Below are positions 1 to 8,677 of a stretch of 64,000 nt of DNA, piece by piece. The position numbers were made by a program, and so were the translations under genes. The notes beneath the pieces were generated by a model. That model searched no databases, was not told the origin of the DNA, and worked only from the letters and a program-made list of their open reading frames with translations. This DNA is from a virus (lineage: Duplodnaviria; Caudoviricetes), in the IMG/VR virus record IMGVR_UViG_3300020465_001196; one strand, written 5' to 3'. Numbering within the stretch: the stretch's first letter is position 1; every line of letters begins with the position of its first letter.

Positions 1-62
1 ACAATAGAAAACTTCTCAGCAAGTCCGTATGTTGGATTGCCTGTCATTAATACTTTTAACAT

Positions 63-374
63 TTATACCTCTAGCTGTTTTTCAATTGCAACGTCTTTAA
101 GTTCTTCTGGTATGCCTTTAGGATATGATGGGCTTATTTGAAACTCTTCACCTGTTTCTTCATTTTTACATCCTGCTACTAACCAATCCCATTTAAAGTT
201 CATATCATCTACAAATTCCCACAATACATCATACGTACCATTATCACGAGTTTGCATTAACAACTCTGCTTTACATTCTTCCATAGTATCAAATGTTTTT
301 TCCATTTGGAAAGTTTGTTGAGTTGCTATAGGATCTTGTCCAATTAAATAAGCTAAAATTAATATCTTAAACAT
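63..374 (-). CDS. hypothetical protein
   Basis: 103-aa ORF abutting rplL; hydrophobic N-terminus. Confidence 0.75.
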   Translation of the reverse strand: MFKILILAYLIGQDPIATQQTFQMEKTFDTMEECKAELLMQTRDNGTYDVLWEFVDDMNFKWDWLVAGCKNEETGEEFQISPSYPKGIPEELKDVAIEKQLEV

Positions 375-752
375 TTACTTTAACTCCACTTGTCCACCTG
401 CGTCTTCAATTTCTTTTTTAAATTTTTCAGCTTGGTCTTTAGCAACTTCAGTATCAACTGTTGCAGGCATATCACCTTCAACAAATTGTTTGGCTTCCAT
501 TAAACCAATACCTTTGATTGTTTTAATTGCTTTCAACACGTTAATTTTTTTACTACTGTCAAAGCCTGTTAGTATTACATTAAATTCTGTTTTACTTGCA
601 TCAACAGGTGCCGCCGCTGGCGCTCCTGCTGTTAAATTGGCTAAATCTAAATCCCATTCTTTTTCTAATTGCTTTGCAAGTTGACCTGCTTCTACTACTG
701 TTAGTTGTCCTAATTGTTCTATTAGTATATCTAATTTGTTTGTTTCTGTCAT
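375..752 (-). CDS. rplL: 50S ribosomal protein L7/L12 (bL12), phage-encoded, full length
   Basis: N-terminal LTVVEAGQLAKQLEKEW dimerisation helix, Ala/Pro hinge, TEFNVIL...KKINVLK...GIGLMEAKQFVE...AGGQVELK C-domain; RBS AAAGGA. Confidence 0.95.
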   Translation of the reverse strand: MTETNKLDILIEQLGQLTVVEAGQLAKQLEKEWDLDLANLTAGAPAAAPVDASKTEFNVILTGFDSSKKINVLKAIKTIKGIGLMEAKQFVEGDMPATVDTEVAKDQAEKFKKEIEDAGGQVELK

Positions 753-815
753 AAATCCTTTTATATTATAACTGTTGTTTTAATTACTTATATTAATATT
801 GTATTATAATTGGGG

Positions 816-1076
816 TTATATGTCAATCTGCTCATTGTAAACTTTAAAAGCATCTGGGTCCAACGTTGATATAGTGTACTCCCCAAGTATCTTACCATTT
901 TTATTATCTTGTTCAGTAATTGACATATGGCATTTCTTACACTTCCAACCTTCTACCCAAAACTTATCTTTATATATTGGTAGTTCAGTTTCTTTATTAA
1001 TGCAATGAGTATGTAGCCAAACAGGTATGCCTGTTAGTTTATACCACATCCTGCGTTTGTGCAATGTCCATTTCAT
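816..1076 (-). CDS. hypothetical protein with HxHC and CKKC motifs
   Basis: 86-aa ORF, ATG/stop overlap with neighbour. Confidence 0.7.
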   Translation of the reverse strand: MKWTLHKRRMWYKLTGIPVWLHTHCINKETELPIYKDKFWVEGWKCKKCHMSITEQDNKNGKILGEYTISTLDPDAFKVYNEQIDI

Positions 1077-1291
1077 TATGGTGTATACCTTTTTATTCTT
1101 TTATCAAATTCTTCTTTAGTTATATCGTCAAATACTATACAAGTCCATTTGTTTGAATCTCTTAATTTTTCAAATTCTTGCCAAGCCATACGTTTAGTAA
1201 AGTAACCTAAATAAATCGTATCAGTTTTTCCATTATCAGCATTGTGCATATAAACTTTATGAAATTGATTATGTGTTTTTTCAAAACTCAT
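1076..1291 (-). CDS. hypothetical protein
   Basis: 71-aa ORF in tightly packed run. Confidence 0.7.
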   Translation of the reverse strand: MSFEKTHNQFHKVYMHNADNGKTDTIYLGYFTKRMAWQEFEKLRDSNKWTCIVFDDITKEEFDKRIKRYTP

Positions 1292-1292
1292 A

Positions 1293-1379
1293 TTATAACC
1301 AAATCAATGTTTCATGAATGTAACCTAGCCAGAGTGCTATTAAGATTGCTAATGCAAAAAACCCTAGTAACAGTTTCAT
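1293..1379 (-). CDS. 28-aa single-pass membrane micropeptide (MKLLLGFFALAILIALWLGYIHETLIWL)
   Basis: Hand-translated; fills gap exactly; upstream GGAG. Confidence 0.55.
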   Translation of the reverse strand: MKLLLGFFALAILIALWLGYIHETLIWL

Positions 1380-1392
1380 CAACTCCATACAT

Positions 1393-1473
1393 CTACCAAA
1401 CATATACTCCTAGGTAGAAAGCCAATACAACCATTGCTATAATCAATAAACCTTGTACTACATATGAGTTCAT
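1393..1473 (-). CDS. 26-aa single-pass membrane micropeptide (MNSYVVQGLLIIAMVVLAFYLGVYVW)
   Basis: Hand-translated; fills gap in operon. Confidence 0.55.
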   Translation of the reverse strand: MNSYVVQGLLIIAMVVLAFYLGVYVW

Positions 1474-1481
1474 GATAATAT

Positions 1482-1808
1482 TTATTGGAAATACTTAAAT
1501 AGGCCTACCATTAAGAATCCTGTAATTATGACTGAAGTAATCATAGATAACCAAAATCCATAGTTAGGTATCATATAAACAAATATAGGAAAGAATAATA
1601 AACTTACTAAAACAAAATATACAGTTTGAATACTAATCATTTTAAACGTCTGTACGTCAACTCCTGCATAATGCATAAAGATAAATGAAACAAATGTTGC
1701 TAAAGGTATGCCTAACACAAAGGCTCCTATAGTAGGATAACGTCCTCCTATAGTACTAACTGTTGCAATAATAATACCGCCAATGATTGCTTTAAGTAAT
1801 AGTTCCAT
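1482..1808 (-). CDS. 4-TM membrane protein, DUF3147-like
   Basis: KAIIGGIIIATVS...GAFVLGIPLATFVSFIF pattern resembles DUF3147. Confidence 0.65.
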   Translation of the reverse strand: MELLLKAIIGGIIIATVSTIGGRYPTIGAFVLGIPLATFVSFIFMHYAGVDVQTFKMISIQTVYFVLVSLLFFPIFVYMIPNYGFWLSMITSVIITGFLMVGLFKYFQ

Positions 1809-1809
1809 T

Positions 1810-2040
1810 TTATATTGTATTGCCTGTTATATTCCACCATTCTTTTTCATCAACGTTATGGCATCTAGACATCATAACTCCTGGCTTAGGCATAGTATTA
1901 AAGAACTCCATATGTTCAATACATTCTTCTTCAGTATTGAAAAACTTACGTTCGCTTTCGTACCATCCACCTTCGGGACCTGCGATAAAAAATAATATGA
2001 TTAATGCCCATTTCATAGTACTACTTATTGAACACACCAA
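1810..2040 (-). CDS. small secreted hypothetical protein (C-x18-C)
   Basis: Signal-like N-terminus, Cys pair. Confidence 0.65.
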   Translation of the reverse strand: MVCSISSTMKWALIILFFIAGPEGGWYESERKFFNTEEECIEHMEFFNTMPKPGVMMSRCHNVDEKEWWNITGNTI

Positions 2041-2243
2041 ACTTTTAATGACTCTACTTCAATACGAGCTTCATTAAACTTTGCTAATGTTTCTTCAGCT
2101 CTTTGTTGTGCTACAACTTCACATTGTTCTAAATTAACATATGAGGTATTACTAGCATCTTCAAACTGCGTACATTCTAATTCAGATAGCATTGTGTAGT
2201 CTGGCCATTCAAGCATACAAATTACTGCAACGATTTTCCACAT
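2025..2243 (-). CDS. small Cys-containing hypothetical protein
   Basis: RBS GAGAGG; TAAATA core at 2263-2268 upstream. Confidence 0.7.
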   Translation of the reverse strand: MWKIVAVICMLEWPDYTMLSELECTQFEDASNTSYVNLEQCEVVAQQRAEETLAKFNEARIEVESLKVWCVQ

Positions 2244-2282
2244 AGTAACCTCTCTCTCAAAGTATTTAGTGGGCAGGGGCTC

Positions 2283-2460
2283 ATATATTGTATTTTGTGT
2301 ATGCGAAAAATTTTTTTGCAGGGGTGTTTATATTGCATAGTTTGTATTAGCGATTTTTTGTATGTGCGGGGTTATATATTGTATTTGTGTGTATGTGGCG
2401 GTTATATTGTATAGTTTGTATGTGCGGCGGTTAGTTTGTATTTGCTTGTATTTGCGGAAA
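2283..2460. repeat. G/T-skewed degenerate repeats (TTATATTGTAT...TTGTATGTGCGG)
   Basis: TATATTG(T/C)AT at ~2285, 2329, 2375, 2402; TTGTATGTGCGG exact at 2358 and 2416. Confidence 0.75.
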
Positions 2461-2798
2461 ATTATAAGCAATCTAATTAACTTTACAAAAGGATATAACA
2501 TAGCTCGTCTATACGGATATATCTGCTCGCTAGTGGAACGGAACTTACGTTCCTTTTCCAGCTCTCGCAGAAGACTCTAATTACAGCAACCACCATGCCC
2601 CACCATAGCAAATAGTAATAAAGATTTCATTACAGTATGTTACACGCCTTAGACTAATTGTTCACCGTGTGTGTATGCTGTTATATGTGCTAACACTAAC
2701 AAGTACAGAGCATTACTAGTACTACGTATATCATAGCCTTTAATCCTGTTTTAAAGCCCGTGTATCCTATATCCTGACAGTTCTGCTTAAATAGTGCT

Positions 2799-2885
2799 AT
2801 GAACGATCGTATAGTTGAAATAGTGTTGTATGTACTTGCCGCTTTATGGTGGTTTATATTTGTGTATATGATATTTGTGGGTTAG
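2799..2885 (+). CDS. 28-aa membrane micropeptide (MNDRIVEIVLYVLAALWWFIFVYMIFVG)
   Basis: Hand-translated; TAAATA at 2788-2793 just upstream. Confidence 0.45.
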   Translation: MNDRIVEIVLYVLAALWWFIFVYMIFVG

Positions 2886-3020
2886 AAACCTATATAGTTG
2901 AAGCCAACACAGTTATTACAGTTTTCCAAGATAGTGCCAGTGTGATCCATTAAGTTATACCTCTCGCCGCGAGGTATTGTTATAAATGCTATTTTTTATA
3001 GCATTTTAATTTGTAGCATC

Positions 3021-3146
3021 ATTCACAATGGTTCATAGTAGTTCATAGTGTTCACAGTTCTTTACTGTTGATCACATCACAGTACTGCGTGTAGGCTCAT
3101 AGTAGCTCACAGTTGAATAACTGTCGTTTCTGTTGAGTTCATGGTT
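3021..3146 (-). repeat. ~10-bp-phased array, unit CT(A/G)TGA(A/G)C on minus strand
   Basis: Plus strand RYTCAYRRT-type units at 3021, 3031, 3041, 3050, 3095, 3105, 3137. Confidence 0.7.
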
Positions 3147-3404
3147 CTTACCGCGGGGTATACCTGTTATATTAGTTGTTTTATATTTAAAATAGTACAT
3201 TACAGAATTCTATACATTTAGCTAAAAATTTTTTACTGCAATTTTTTTAGCACCGCCCTATACATTACGTCTTACCTTTTTTGCCCAAAAAATATAACAG
3301 CCGCCATAACCCTGGTCCCTAGGATTTGTCCTAGCGAATATTTACATGGTCGGCCAGGGGAAAATTATTTTATTTTTCTTTTTTCTTTTACGAAATAAAT
3401 TTCA

Positions 3405-3429
3405 TAAAAAAAGGCCCCGTAGGGCCTTT
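3405..3429 (-). terminator. rho-independent terminator
   Basis: AAAGGCCC-TACG-GGGCCTTT followed by T run on minus strand, just after ORF 3456-3749. Confidence 0.8.
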
Positions 3430-3455
3430 AGTGTAGGAGTGTTCTGTATAGTACT

Positions 3456-3749
3456 CTATGCTACCTTGCTTAACATAGTAGCTGGTACATTGTATCGCAT
3501 AGGGAATCCACCCTTGCTGTCAACATTAACAAGTATGTACTTCTGCTTGATCTTATCAATAGTACCCTTGTATGTCTGTCCGTTTCTGCTAGTGAACTGT
3601 ACTCTGTCTCCAGCTACAAAGTTCCTTCTAGCTTCTGAAGCCAAATAGTTCTGCTTCAGTTTAATAGCATCAATAACCTGTGATACTTCATATGTGCTAT
3701 CCAAGTTCATGATAGCATCTATTATAGTTCCTATTGCCAGTTTAGCCAT
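3456..3749 (-). CDS. hypothetical early protein, SH3/KOW-like C-terminus
   Basis: RBS AGGAGG; FVAGDRVQF...GTIDKIK pattern. Confidence 0.75.
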   Translation of the reverse strand: MAKLAIGTIIDAIMNLDSTYEVSQVIDAIKLKQNYLASEARRNFVAGDRVQFTSRNGQTYKGTIDKIKQKYILVNVDSKGGFPMRYNVPATMLSKVA

Positions 3750-3758
3750 TTGACCTCC

Positions 3759-4106
3759 TTAGTCTGCTCTACTACCCATATGAGCATCAAACCCATATTT
3801 GTTTAATACTTCTGCATAAGCTGAAGCACCTACCTCTTTACAATCCATTGATTGTCCTCTGTGTTGGGCAGGATCCCACAGTTGCATTGCTCTACCTCTA
3901 TAACTAGGTTTAAAGCCAATTGAACTTAATTGCTTTGCCTCTTGGCTATTAGTTCTTGTTACAGAGACTTCAACCCAAGCAAACCCACAATACATAGGTT
4001 CACCATACTCATTTCCACCTGTTGTTTTAGTCCAGTTGTCCAAGTAGTTTACTACTGCCTGTTTCGCGGCATTTGTAGCTTCTGTGTGTATTTGATCTAT
4101 TTGCAT
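3759..4106 (-). CDS. hypothetical early protein (CGFAWV family)
   Basis: RBS AAGGAG; start refined to 4106; promoter at 4138-4165. Confidence 0.75.
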   Translation of the reverse strand: MQIDQIHTEATNAAKQAVVNYLDNWTKTTGGNEYGEPMYCGFAWVEVSVTRTNSQEAKQLSSIGFKPSYRGRAMQLWDPAQHRGQSMDCKEVGASAYAEVLNKYGFDAHMGSRAD

Positions 4107-4248
4107 ATCTGCTCCTTTGTTTTGCATTATATTAATAATAATAACATAATATAGGATTCTGTCAAGTGTTTATTTGCCATAAAAAAGTGGCGTAAACCTT
4201 GGTAGATCTACGCCACTATATGCGTCATATTACGAAAGGAACAGAATA

Positions 4249-5310
4249 TTATGACGCAATTCTGTTGGCCGCCATGCTTCTCTTCATACAAGTAGCACTA
4301 GCCAGCTTCTTCCAATCTGTGCTCATTCTCATTAGATCAGCTATTTTGGTGACCATTCTCAAACTTATTTCGTTTAAGCTATCTCTGTTATCCCATAGGA
4401 AATCAATAAGCTCTTGCTCTTGTTCCGGGGCGAACTTGTATGGAGTAAGCATTTCTCCATCTGCTATGATCTGTTTACATCTAAGCATTCTATCACGAAT
4501 ACTATCCATTGTTAAATCCAAATAGTGACATCTGGACATTACCGCTTGTAAGTGGTCCTGTAGCTTTTTAGATTTAACATAATCAAACTTGATGTTTGTT
4601 ATCATGATCACAGATCCTTGGAATTCAAATCTATCTGGCACACCCTCATTGGCTAATACTCTGGATTCTGTATTCCAACTTATGTATCTCTTCTTGCTTG
4701 AATCTAAAGCCGCTTTAAGTATGTTAAGAGCAACATCATCAAATAGGATACTGTCGCAGTCATCTAATACTAGGATATGTCCTCTATTAGAAAACTTAAA
4801 TAGTTTCTGATACAATCCTATGGCACTCATAGCACCTCTAACTATTTCCCATTTGGGTTGAGCTTCTGAGATCTTATCGAAGATGTTGGCCTCGTTTAGT
4901 TTCTCTTCTACTCCGTAACTTTTACCAACTCCTGGAGGGCCACTAACTATCATAGCTCTAACAGTCCCTTCCATAGTTGCTTCCGTCATAGTATCTAGGA
5001 TATCGAATCTTTCTCTGATTCTATCAATTGCTTGTTCTTCTGTTTCACCAGGTATGTTACTGTCGACGTGTTTGTTTTGCTTTTCAAAATCAGACTCGTT
5101 AACGAACTCGTAACTCTTAGGTGATTCACATCTTACCTTAATTGTACGAGCTGGAAAGTTAGGCACGTCAATGGCATCAACTGTAACAAAGCCACCTTGC
5201 TTATCAGTAGCAAATGCTTTTGTCATAGGAAATATTGTGCCAGCAACCGAAATAGGTTTGCCTGCTTTCTTACCGTAGGTTCCTTCTACGATCTTTACAA
5301 ATGTTTGCAT
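4249..5310 (-). CDS. AAA+/P-loop ATPase
   Basis: Walker A GPPGVGKS, Walker B LVLDDCD, sensor SVIMITN, MSRC arginine-finger-like motif. Confidence 0.85.
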   Translation of the reverse strand: MQTFVKIVEGTYGKKAGKPISVAGTIFPMTKAFATDKQGGFVTVDAIDVPNFPARTIKVRCESPKSYEFVNESDFEKQNKHVDSNIPGETEEQAIDRIRERFDILDTMTEATMEGTVRAMIVSGPPGVGKSYGVEEKLNEANIFDKISEAQPKWEIVRGAMSAIGLYQKLFKFSNRGHILVLDDCDSILFDDVALNILKAALDSSKKRYISWNTESRVLANEGVPDRFEFQGSVIMITNIKFDYVKSKKLQDHLQAVMSRCHYLDLTMDSIRDRMLRCKQIIADGEMLTPYKFAPEQEQELIDFLWDNRDSLNEISLRMVTKIADLMRMSTDWKKLASATCMKRSMAANRIAS

Positions 5311-5377
5311 AGTGTTCCTTTCTTTGCAATGTTAATTTATAATATTATAATAGCATGGATCTAAGATCTGTCAACCA

Positions 5378-5629
5378 TTAATTATTGTTCTCGATCTTTT
5401 CTCCTAATACATTACCAGCTTTACATCCAGCTAATGTTCCTAAAATAGTTGCCGCAGTTTTACCTGATCCGCTACCTACTTTAGATCCTAATACTCCACC
5501 TGCTACACACCCACCTGCAGTTGATACATCCTTTTTAGATATAGTTCCTGTAGTTGCATAACAACCTGATAACATAATCATAGCCGTTAATAATAATACA
5601 AGTGATATTAATGTTTTCTTATAGTACAT
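5378..5629 (-). CDS. glycine-zipper lipoprotein
   Basis: Lipobox LSGC; GGCVAGGVLGSKVGSG...ILGTLAGCKAGNVLG. Confidence 0.75.
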   Translation of the reverse strand: MYYKKTLISLVLLLTAMIMLSGCYATTGTISKKDVSTAGGCVAGGVLGSKVGSGSGKTAATILGTLAGCKAGNVLGEKIENNN

Positions 5630-5849
5630 ATTGACCCTCTCTCTTTAAGTTAATAAAAGGATAACCTAAGTTTTTAAAGTGTCCCAGCTTTCTGGCTCTT
5701 ACTAACATCCTAGCAAGAATCGATGTTTCATGGTTATCACTACTTTGCATCAATTGGTTAAATTTATAGAGTAAACCAGGCGCATCGCCGAAACCTCTCT
5801 GAGCACTTTTAAGTCTGCCGACTATTAGCTTCTTGCTTCTAATTCTCAT
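5619..5849 (-). CDS. hypothetical protein
   Basis: 76-aa ORF overlapping both neighbours. Confidence 0.65.
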   Translation of the reverse strand: MRIRSKKLIVGRLKSAQRGFGDAPGLLYKFNQLMQSSDNHETSILARMLVRARKLGHFKNLGYPFINLKREGQYVL

Positions 5850-6828
5850 ATGTGTCTACCTTTATAGATTGACTTTCTAACTCTGAACAACTATATCCTA
5901 GTTCTTCTAATTTTAATTTAGAACATTTCTTTTTTGCAAATCTTATTTCATCATAATAACTAACCTGCGTACCTCTAGTATCATGATAGTCTGTTCTGTA
6001 TATTCCAAATTGCATTGTAGACCAATTACTCCAAGTACCATTCTTTTTACCTGCTGGAGGAATAATTGAACCTTGGTAATGATAAACTAACTTACCATTA
6101 ATCCATAATTTTAAAAATCCACTATCCTTTGTTGTGTAGTTGACATTCATTACTACATCATTCCATTGGTTAAACAATTCTGATATGTCTAATGCTTTTT
6201 GGTTTGTATTCTCTTTCCAACTAACTGAACAACCTTCATTACCTTTGGCACCATACTTTTTATAAATCTTAGGTTCATTACAAGCAGTTCTTCTTTGTGT
6301 ATAAAGACCATCGCTTTCAATTGACCAGTTAAACATTGGTGCCCAATCACCATCGTTATGTATCTGCCAAATAGAATTGTGTCCTTCTTCATGTGGAATC
6401 TCTTCTACATAAAACGATAGTGTTTGCCAAACATTACCTTTGAAACCAATTTGTGAATTATCATTTGCAGGAGTTAATTCATTTCTTTCTGAATCTTGTC
6501 CGCAGTCCCATGATGTATTATTTGCTACATCATTTTTTGTAGCACCACAACTGCCTTTTCTAAGTTCAAACCTTAAAGCACTATCTCCATATCTAGTGTT
6601 GCTAGATACTTCTTGTATCATCCAAGGTTTCCAAAAAGACATATCATAATTGTATTTCCATTTATGAGGCCACTTCTGGAAAACGTCACCATCAGTTTTA
6701 ATTACTTGATTTTTAATTTTTAAAGTATTTGCTTCTGCTTTGTTGCAACCACCTAATCCCCATGCAAAGAAATACACGGCAAAGAATAGTATTGCTATTG
6801 TTTTAAAGTTTGGTTTATTGTTTTCCAT
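5839..6828 (-). CDS. exported polysaccharide-lyase-like beta-jelly-roll protein
   Basis: Signal peptide; ALRFELR...RNEL...WQIH...WNDVVMNV...KLWING...QFGIYR...YYDEIR motif order typical of Polysacc_lyase/ConA-like folds. Confidence 0.65.
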   Translation of the reverse strand: MENNKPNFKTIAILFFAVYFFAWGLGGCNKAEANTLKIKNQVIKTDGDVFQKWPHKWKYNYDMSFWKPWMIQEVSSNTRYGDSALRFELRKGSCGATKNDVANNTSWDCGQDSERNELTPANDNSQIGFKGNVWQTLSFYVEEIPHEEGHNSIWQIHNDGDWAPMFNWSIESDGLYTQRRTACNEPKIYKKYGAKGNEGCSVSWKENTNQKALDISELFNQWNDVVMNVNYTTKDSGFLKLWINGKLVYHYQGSIIPPAGKKNGTWSNWSTMQFGIYRTDYHDTRGTQVSYYDEIRFAKKKCSKLKLEELGYSCSELESQSIKVDTYEN

Positions 6829-6886
6829 CTGTTCTGTTCCTTTTGTTATACTATTATAATAGCATATTATAGGATTCTGTCAACCC

Positions 6887-6994
6887 CTAAAATCCCCAAC
6901 AAGTAATGCCCATAATACATAAGGTTTCTGTTGTCCACAGAATGTATATTGTACAGATTATACCCAAAATTACTTTTAAAATGTTCTCTCCCAT
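6887..6994 (-). CDS. 35-aa hydrophobic Cys-containing micropeptide
   Basis: Hand-translated MGENILKVILGIICTIYILWTTETLCIMGITCWGF directly after promoter 7001-7028. Confidence 0.5.
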   Translation of the reverse strand: MGENILKVILGIICTIYILWTTETLCIMGITCWGF

Positions 6995-7032
6995 ATAATA
7001 ACTATAGCACAATGTATAGATAAGTCAACCAC

Positions 7033-7061
7033 AAAAAAAGCCCCATATTTCAGGGGCTTTT
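7033..7061. terminator. rho-independent terminator (bidirectional shape)
   Basis: AAAAGCCCC-ATATTTCA-GGGGCTTTT. Confidence 0.8.
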
Positions 7062-7069
7062 AAATTTGT

Positions 7070-7300
7070 TTAAGCACCAGCTACAGCAGTAGCTTTTACT
7101 GAATCGATGTACTCTGATTTTGTCATCGGTTCTGATAATGCAATGAACTCTACTTTTGAGTGTTCATCTTTTGGTGTATAACCATTATTGATTAACACCT
7201 GAGCTCTGTTATCTGGTTTGTTAGTGAATCTTTTTACCAACTTACCATCGGCTCTTTTTGCTTCAAGTACGAATGTGTACTTTGTATTTGAGTCAGCCAT
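7070..7300 (-). CDS. hypothetical early protein
   Basis: Start refined to 7300 (RBS CAGGAGG); own promoter and terminator. Confidence 0.75.
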   Translation of the reverse strand: MADSNTKYTFVLEAKRADGKLVKRFTNKPDNRAQVLINNGYTPKDEHSKVEFIALSEPMTKSEYIDSVKATAVAGA

Positions 7301-7390
7301 TATAACCTCCTGTAGATTTAATTGACTATTTGTTTTAGTATAACACACTTTGGCCATTTGTCAACCAAAATGTTTTGGCCTAACATAGGC

Positions 7391-8041
7391 CTATTTCATA
7401 AATGTGTGGTTGCCCAACACACCTATATACTCTTTAGAACCAGCCCAGTAAGGTGATACTAAATTGTGATTATAATAGAAAACCGCACCGTGCGTGTTAT
7501 CATTTATAACTAGTTTTCCCCAACCTGTAATATAAATTGCAAGTTGAATAGAATCTTTCCAAGCTCTGGCATTGCCTTCGATGACTTGGCCAGTCTTTTC
7601 ATAGTTGGCCCATACAACATCTTTCTTACCATCGCAGTACCAACTGAATTGACATTTGTGTTTAATTGGCCAGAACACTCTATCTTCTTCAGCAACATCT
7701 TTACCTCTGGTCTTCCAAGACTCTCTTATAGGTCCTTGGTAGATAACTTCACAATAGGTAGACGGCCATCTAGAATCTGCAATTCGATTCTTAACAACAT
7801 TACCAACGGCCGCCTTACCTGATTCACCTTCAGCTCTGGCTTCAAAGTAGATGTTCTCTGCTAAACACATAATTTGTTTTATTTTTTCTTTATCATGAAT
7901 ATTGTTTTCTTCTAATTCAATCTTTAGAATTGTTTTGGCGTGCGTTGTAAGTGTTGCGGCTTGTGCCTTCTGATCAAAGAACCAAAGCACAACCATCAAC
8001 GCCATTAAGAAGTAAGCAACCTTTGTAATCAACTTATCCAT
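7391..8041 (-). CDS. cell wall hydrolase, SleB/Hydrolase_2 family
   Basis: CLAENIYFEARAE...AVGNVVKNR...WPSTYCEVIYQ...CQFSWYCDG...FYYNH...LGNHTF; N-terminal TM; start refined to 8041. Confidence 0.9.
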   Translation of the reverse strand: MDKLITKVAYFLMALMVVLWFFDQKAQAATLTTHAKTILKIELEENNIHDKEKIKQIMCLAENIYFEARAEGESGKAAVGNVVKNRIADSRWPSTYCEVIYQGPIRESWKTRGKDVAEEDRVFWPIKHKCQFSWYCDGKKDVVWANYEKTGQVIEGNARAWKDSIQLAIYITGWGKLVINDNTHGAVFYYNHNLVSPYWAGSKEYIGVLGNHTFMK

Positions 8042-8397
8042 TAAGCAACCTCTTCTTTCTTCCATTCATAATCATCTGTAGACCATTCATAGTCTCCATA
8101 ATCAATACTATCGCTATCTTCGTATGGAATACATTCAGCAACCTTTTTTGCTTCGAAGCTTTCTGAATGATCACCATTCCAATCACTAGCATAAACTTCT
8201 ACAGGTTCATCTTTATGATAACCTTCTTGCCATTCAATTTTATCAATACCACCTTCTTCGATAACAGCATCAACGGCTTCATCTCTACTATCAGCTACAA
8301 CATCATATTCAACCCATGCTGTGTAAGCCATTCTAACTCTGTATTTTGATTTACCGATATCCTTGTGTGGATTATCTTTGCTATATTCTTTTTTCAT
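8041..8397 (-). CDS. acidic hypothetical early protein
   Basis: RBS AAGGAAC; promoter 8424-8451. Confidence 0.75.
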   Translation of the reverse strand: MKKEYSKDNPHKDIGKSKYRVRMAYTAWVEYDVVADSRDEAVDAVIEEGGIDKIEWQEGYHKDEPVEVYASDWNGDHSESFEAKKVAECIPYEDSDSIDYGDYEWSTDDYEWKKEEVA

Positions 8398-8476
8398 ATT
8401 CTTGTTCCTTTTGTTATATTATTAATATAGCACATATTGGCCAATTGTCAAGACCCTAAATGACTCGCAGTTTTGC

Positions 8477-8677
8477 TTAATATTCGTCAAACAATACTCC
8501 TTCATCTTCATCTAGATCGCTGAAATACGTGGCATTATCTAATGCATCATCGGAACCTTGCTTATCCATACATTGGATACAATTCCATTTCTCATTATCT
8601 TCTGCATATTGTCTATCGTCAAAATGCTCTGTTGTCTCTTGACAAGTTTCACAGAACTTTGTTTTATATGGTACCAT
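8477..8677 (-). CDS. small Zn-ribbon-like protein (CETC...CIQC)
   Basis: Two CxxC motifs. Confidence 0.7.
   Translation of the reverse strand: MVPYKTKFCETCQETTEHFDDRQYAEDNEKWNCIQCMDKQGSDDALDNATYFSDLDEDEGVLFDEY

Noticed and set aside
2577-2630. 17-aa minus-strand peptide MKSLLLFAMVGHGGCCN as a RiPP precursor
   Set aside because: No RBS or promoter support, far from the enzymes, and length expected by chance
4249-5310. Clamp-loader subunit (gp44) call
   Set aside because: No SRC motif context or neighbouring replication genes; located in the early island
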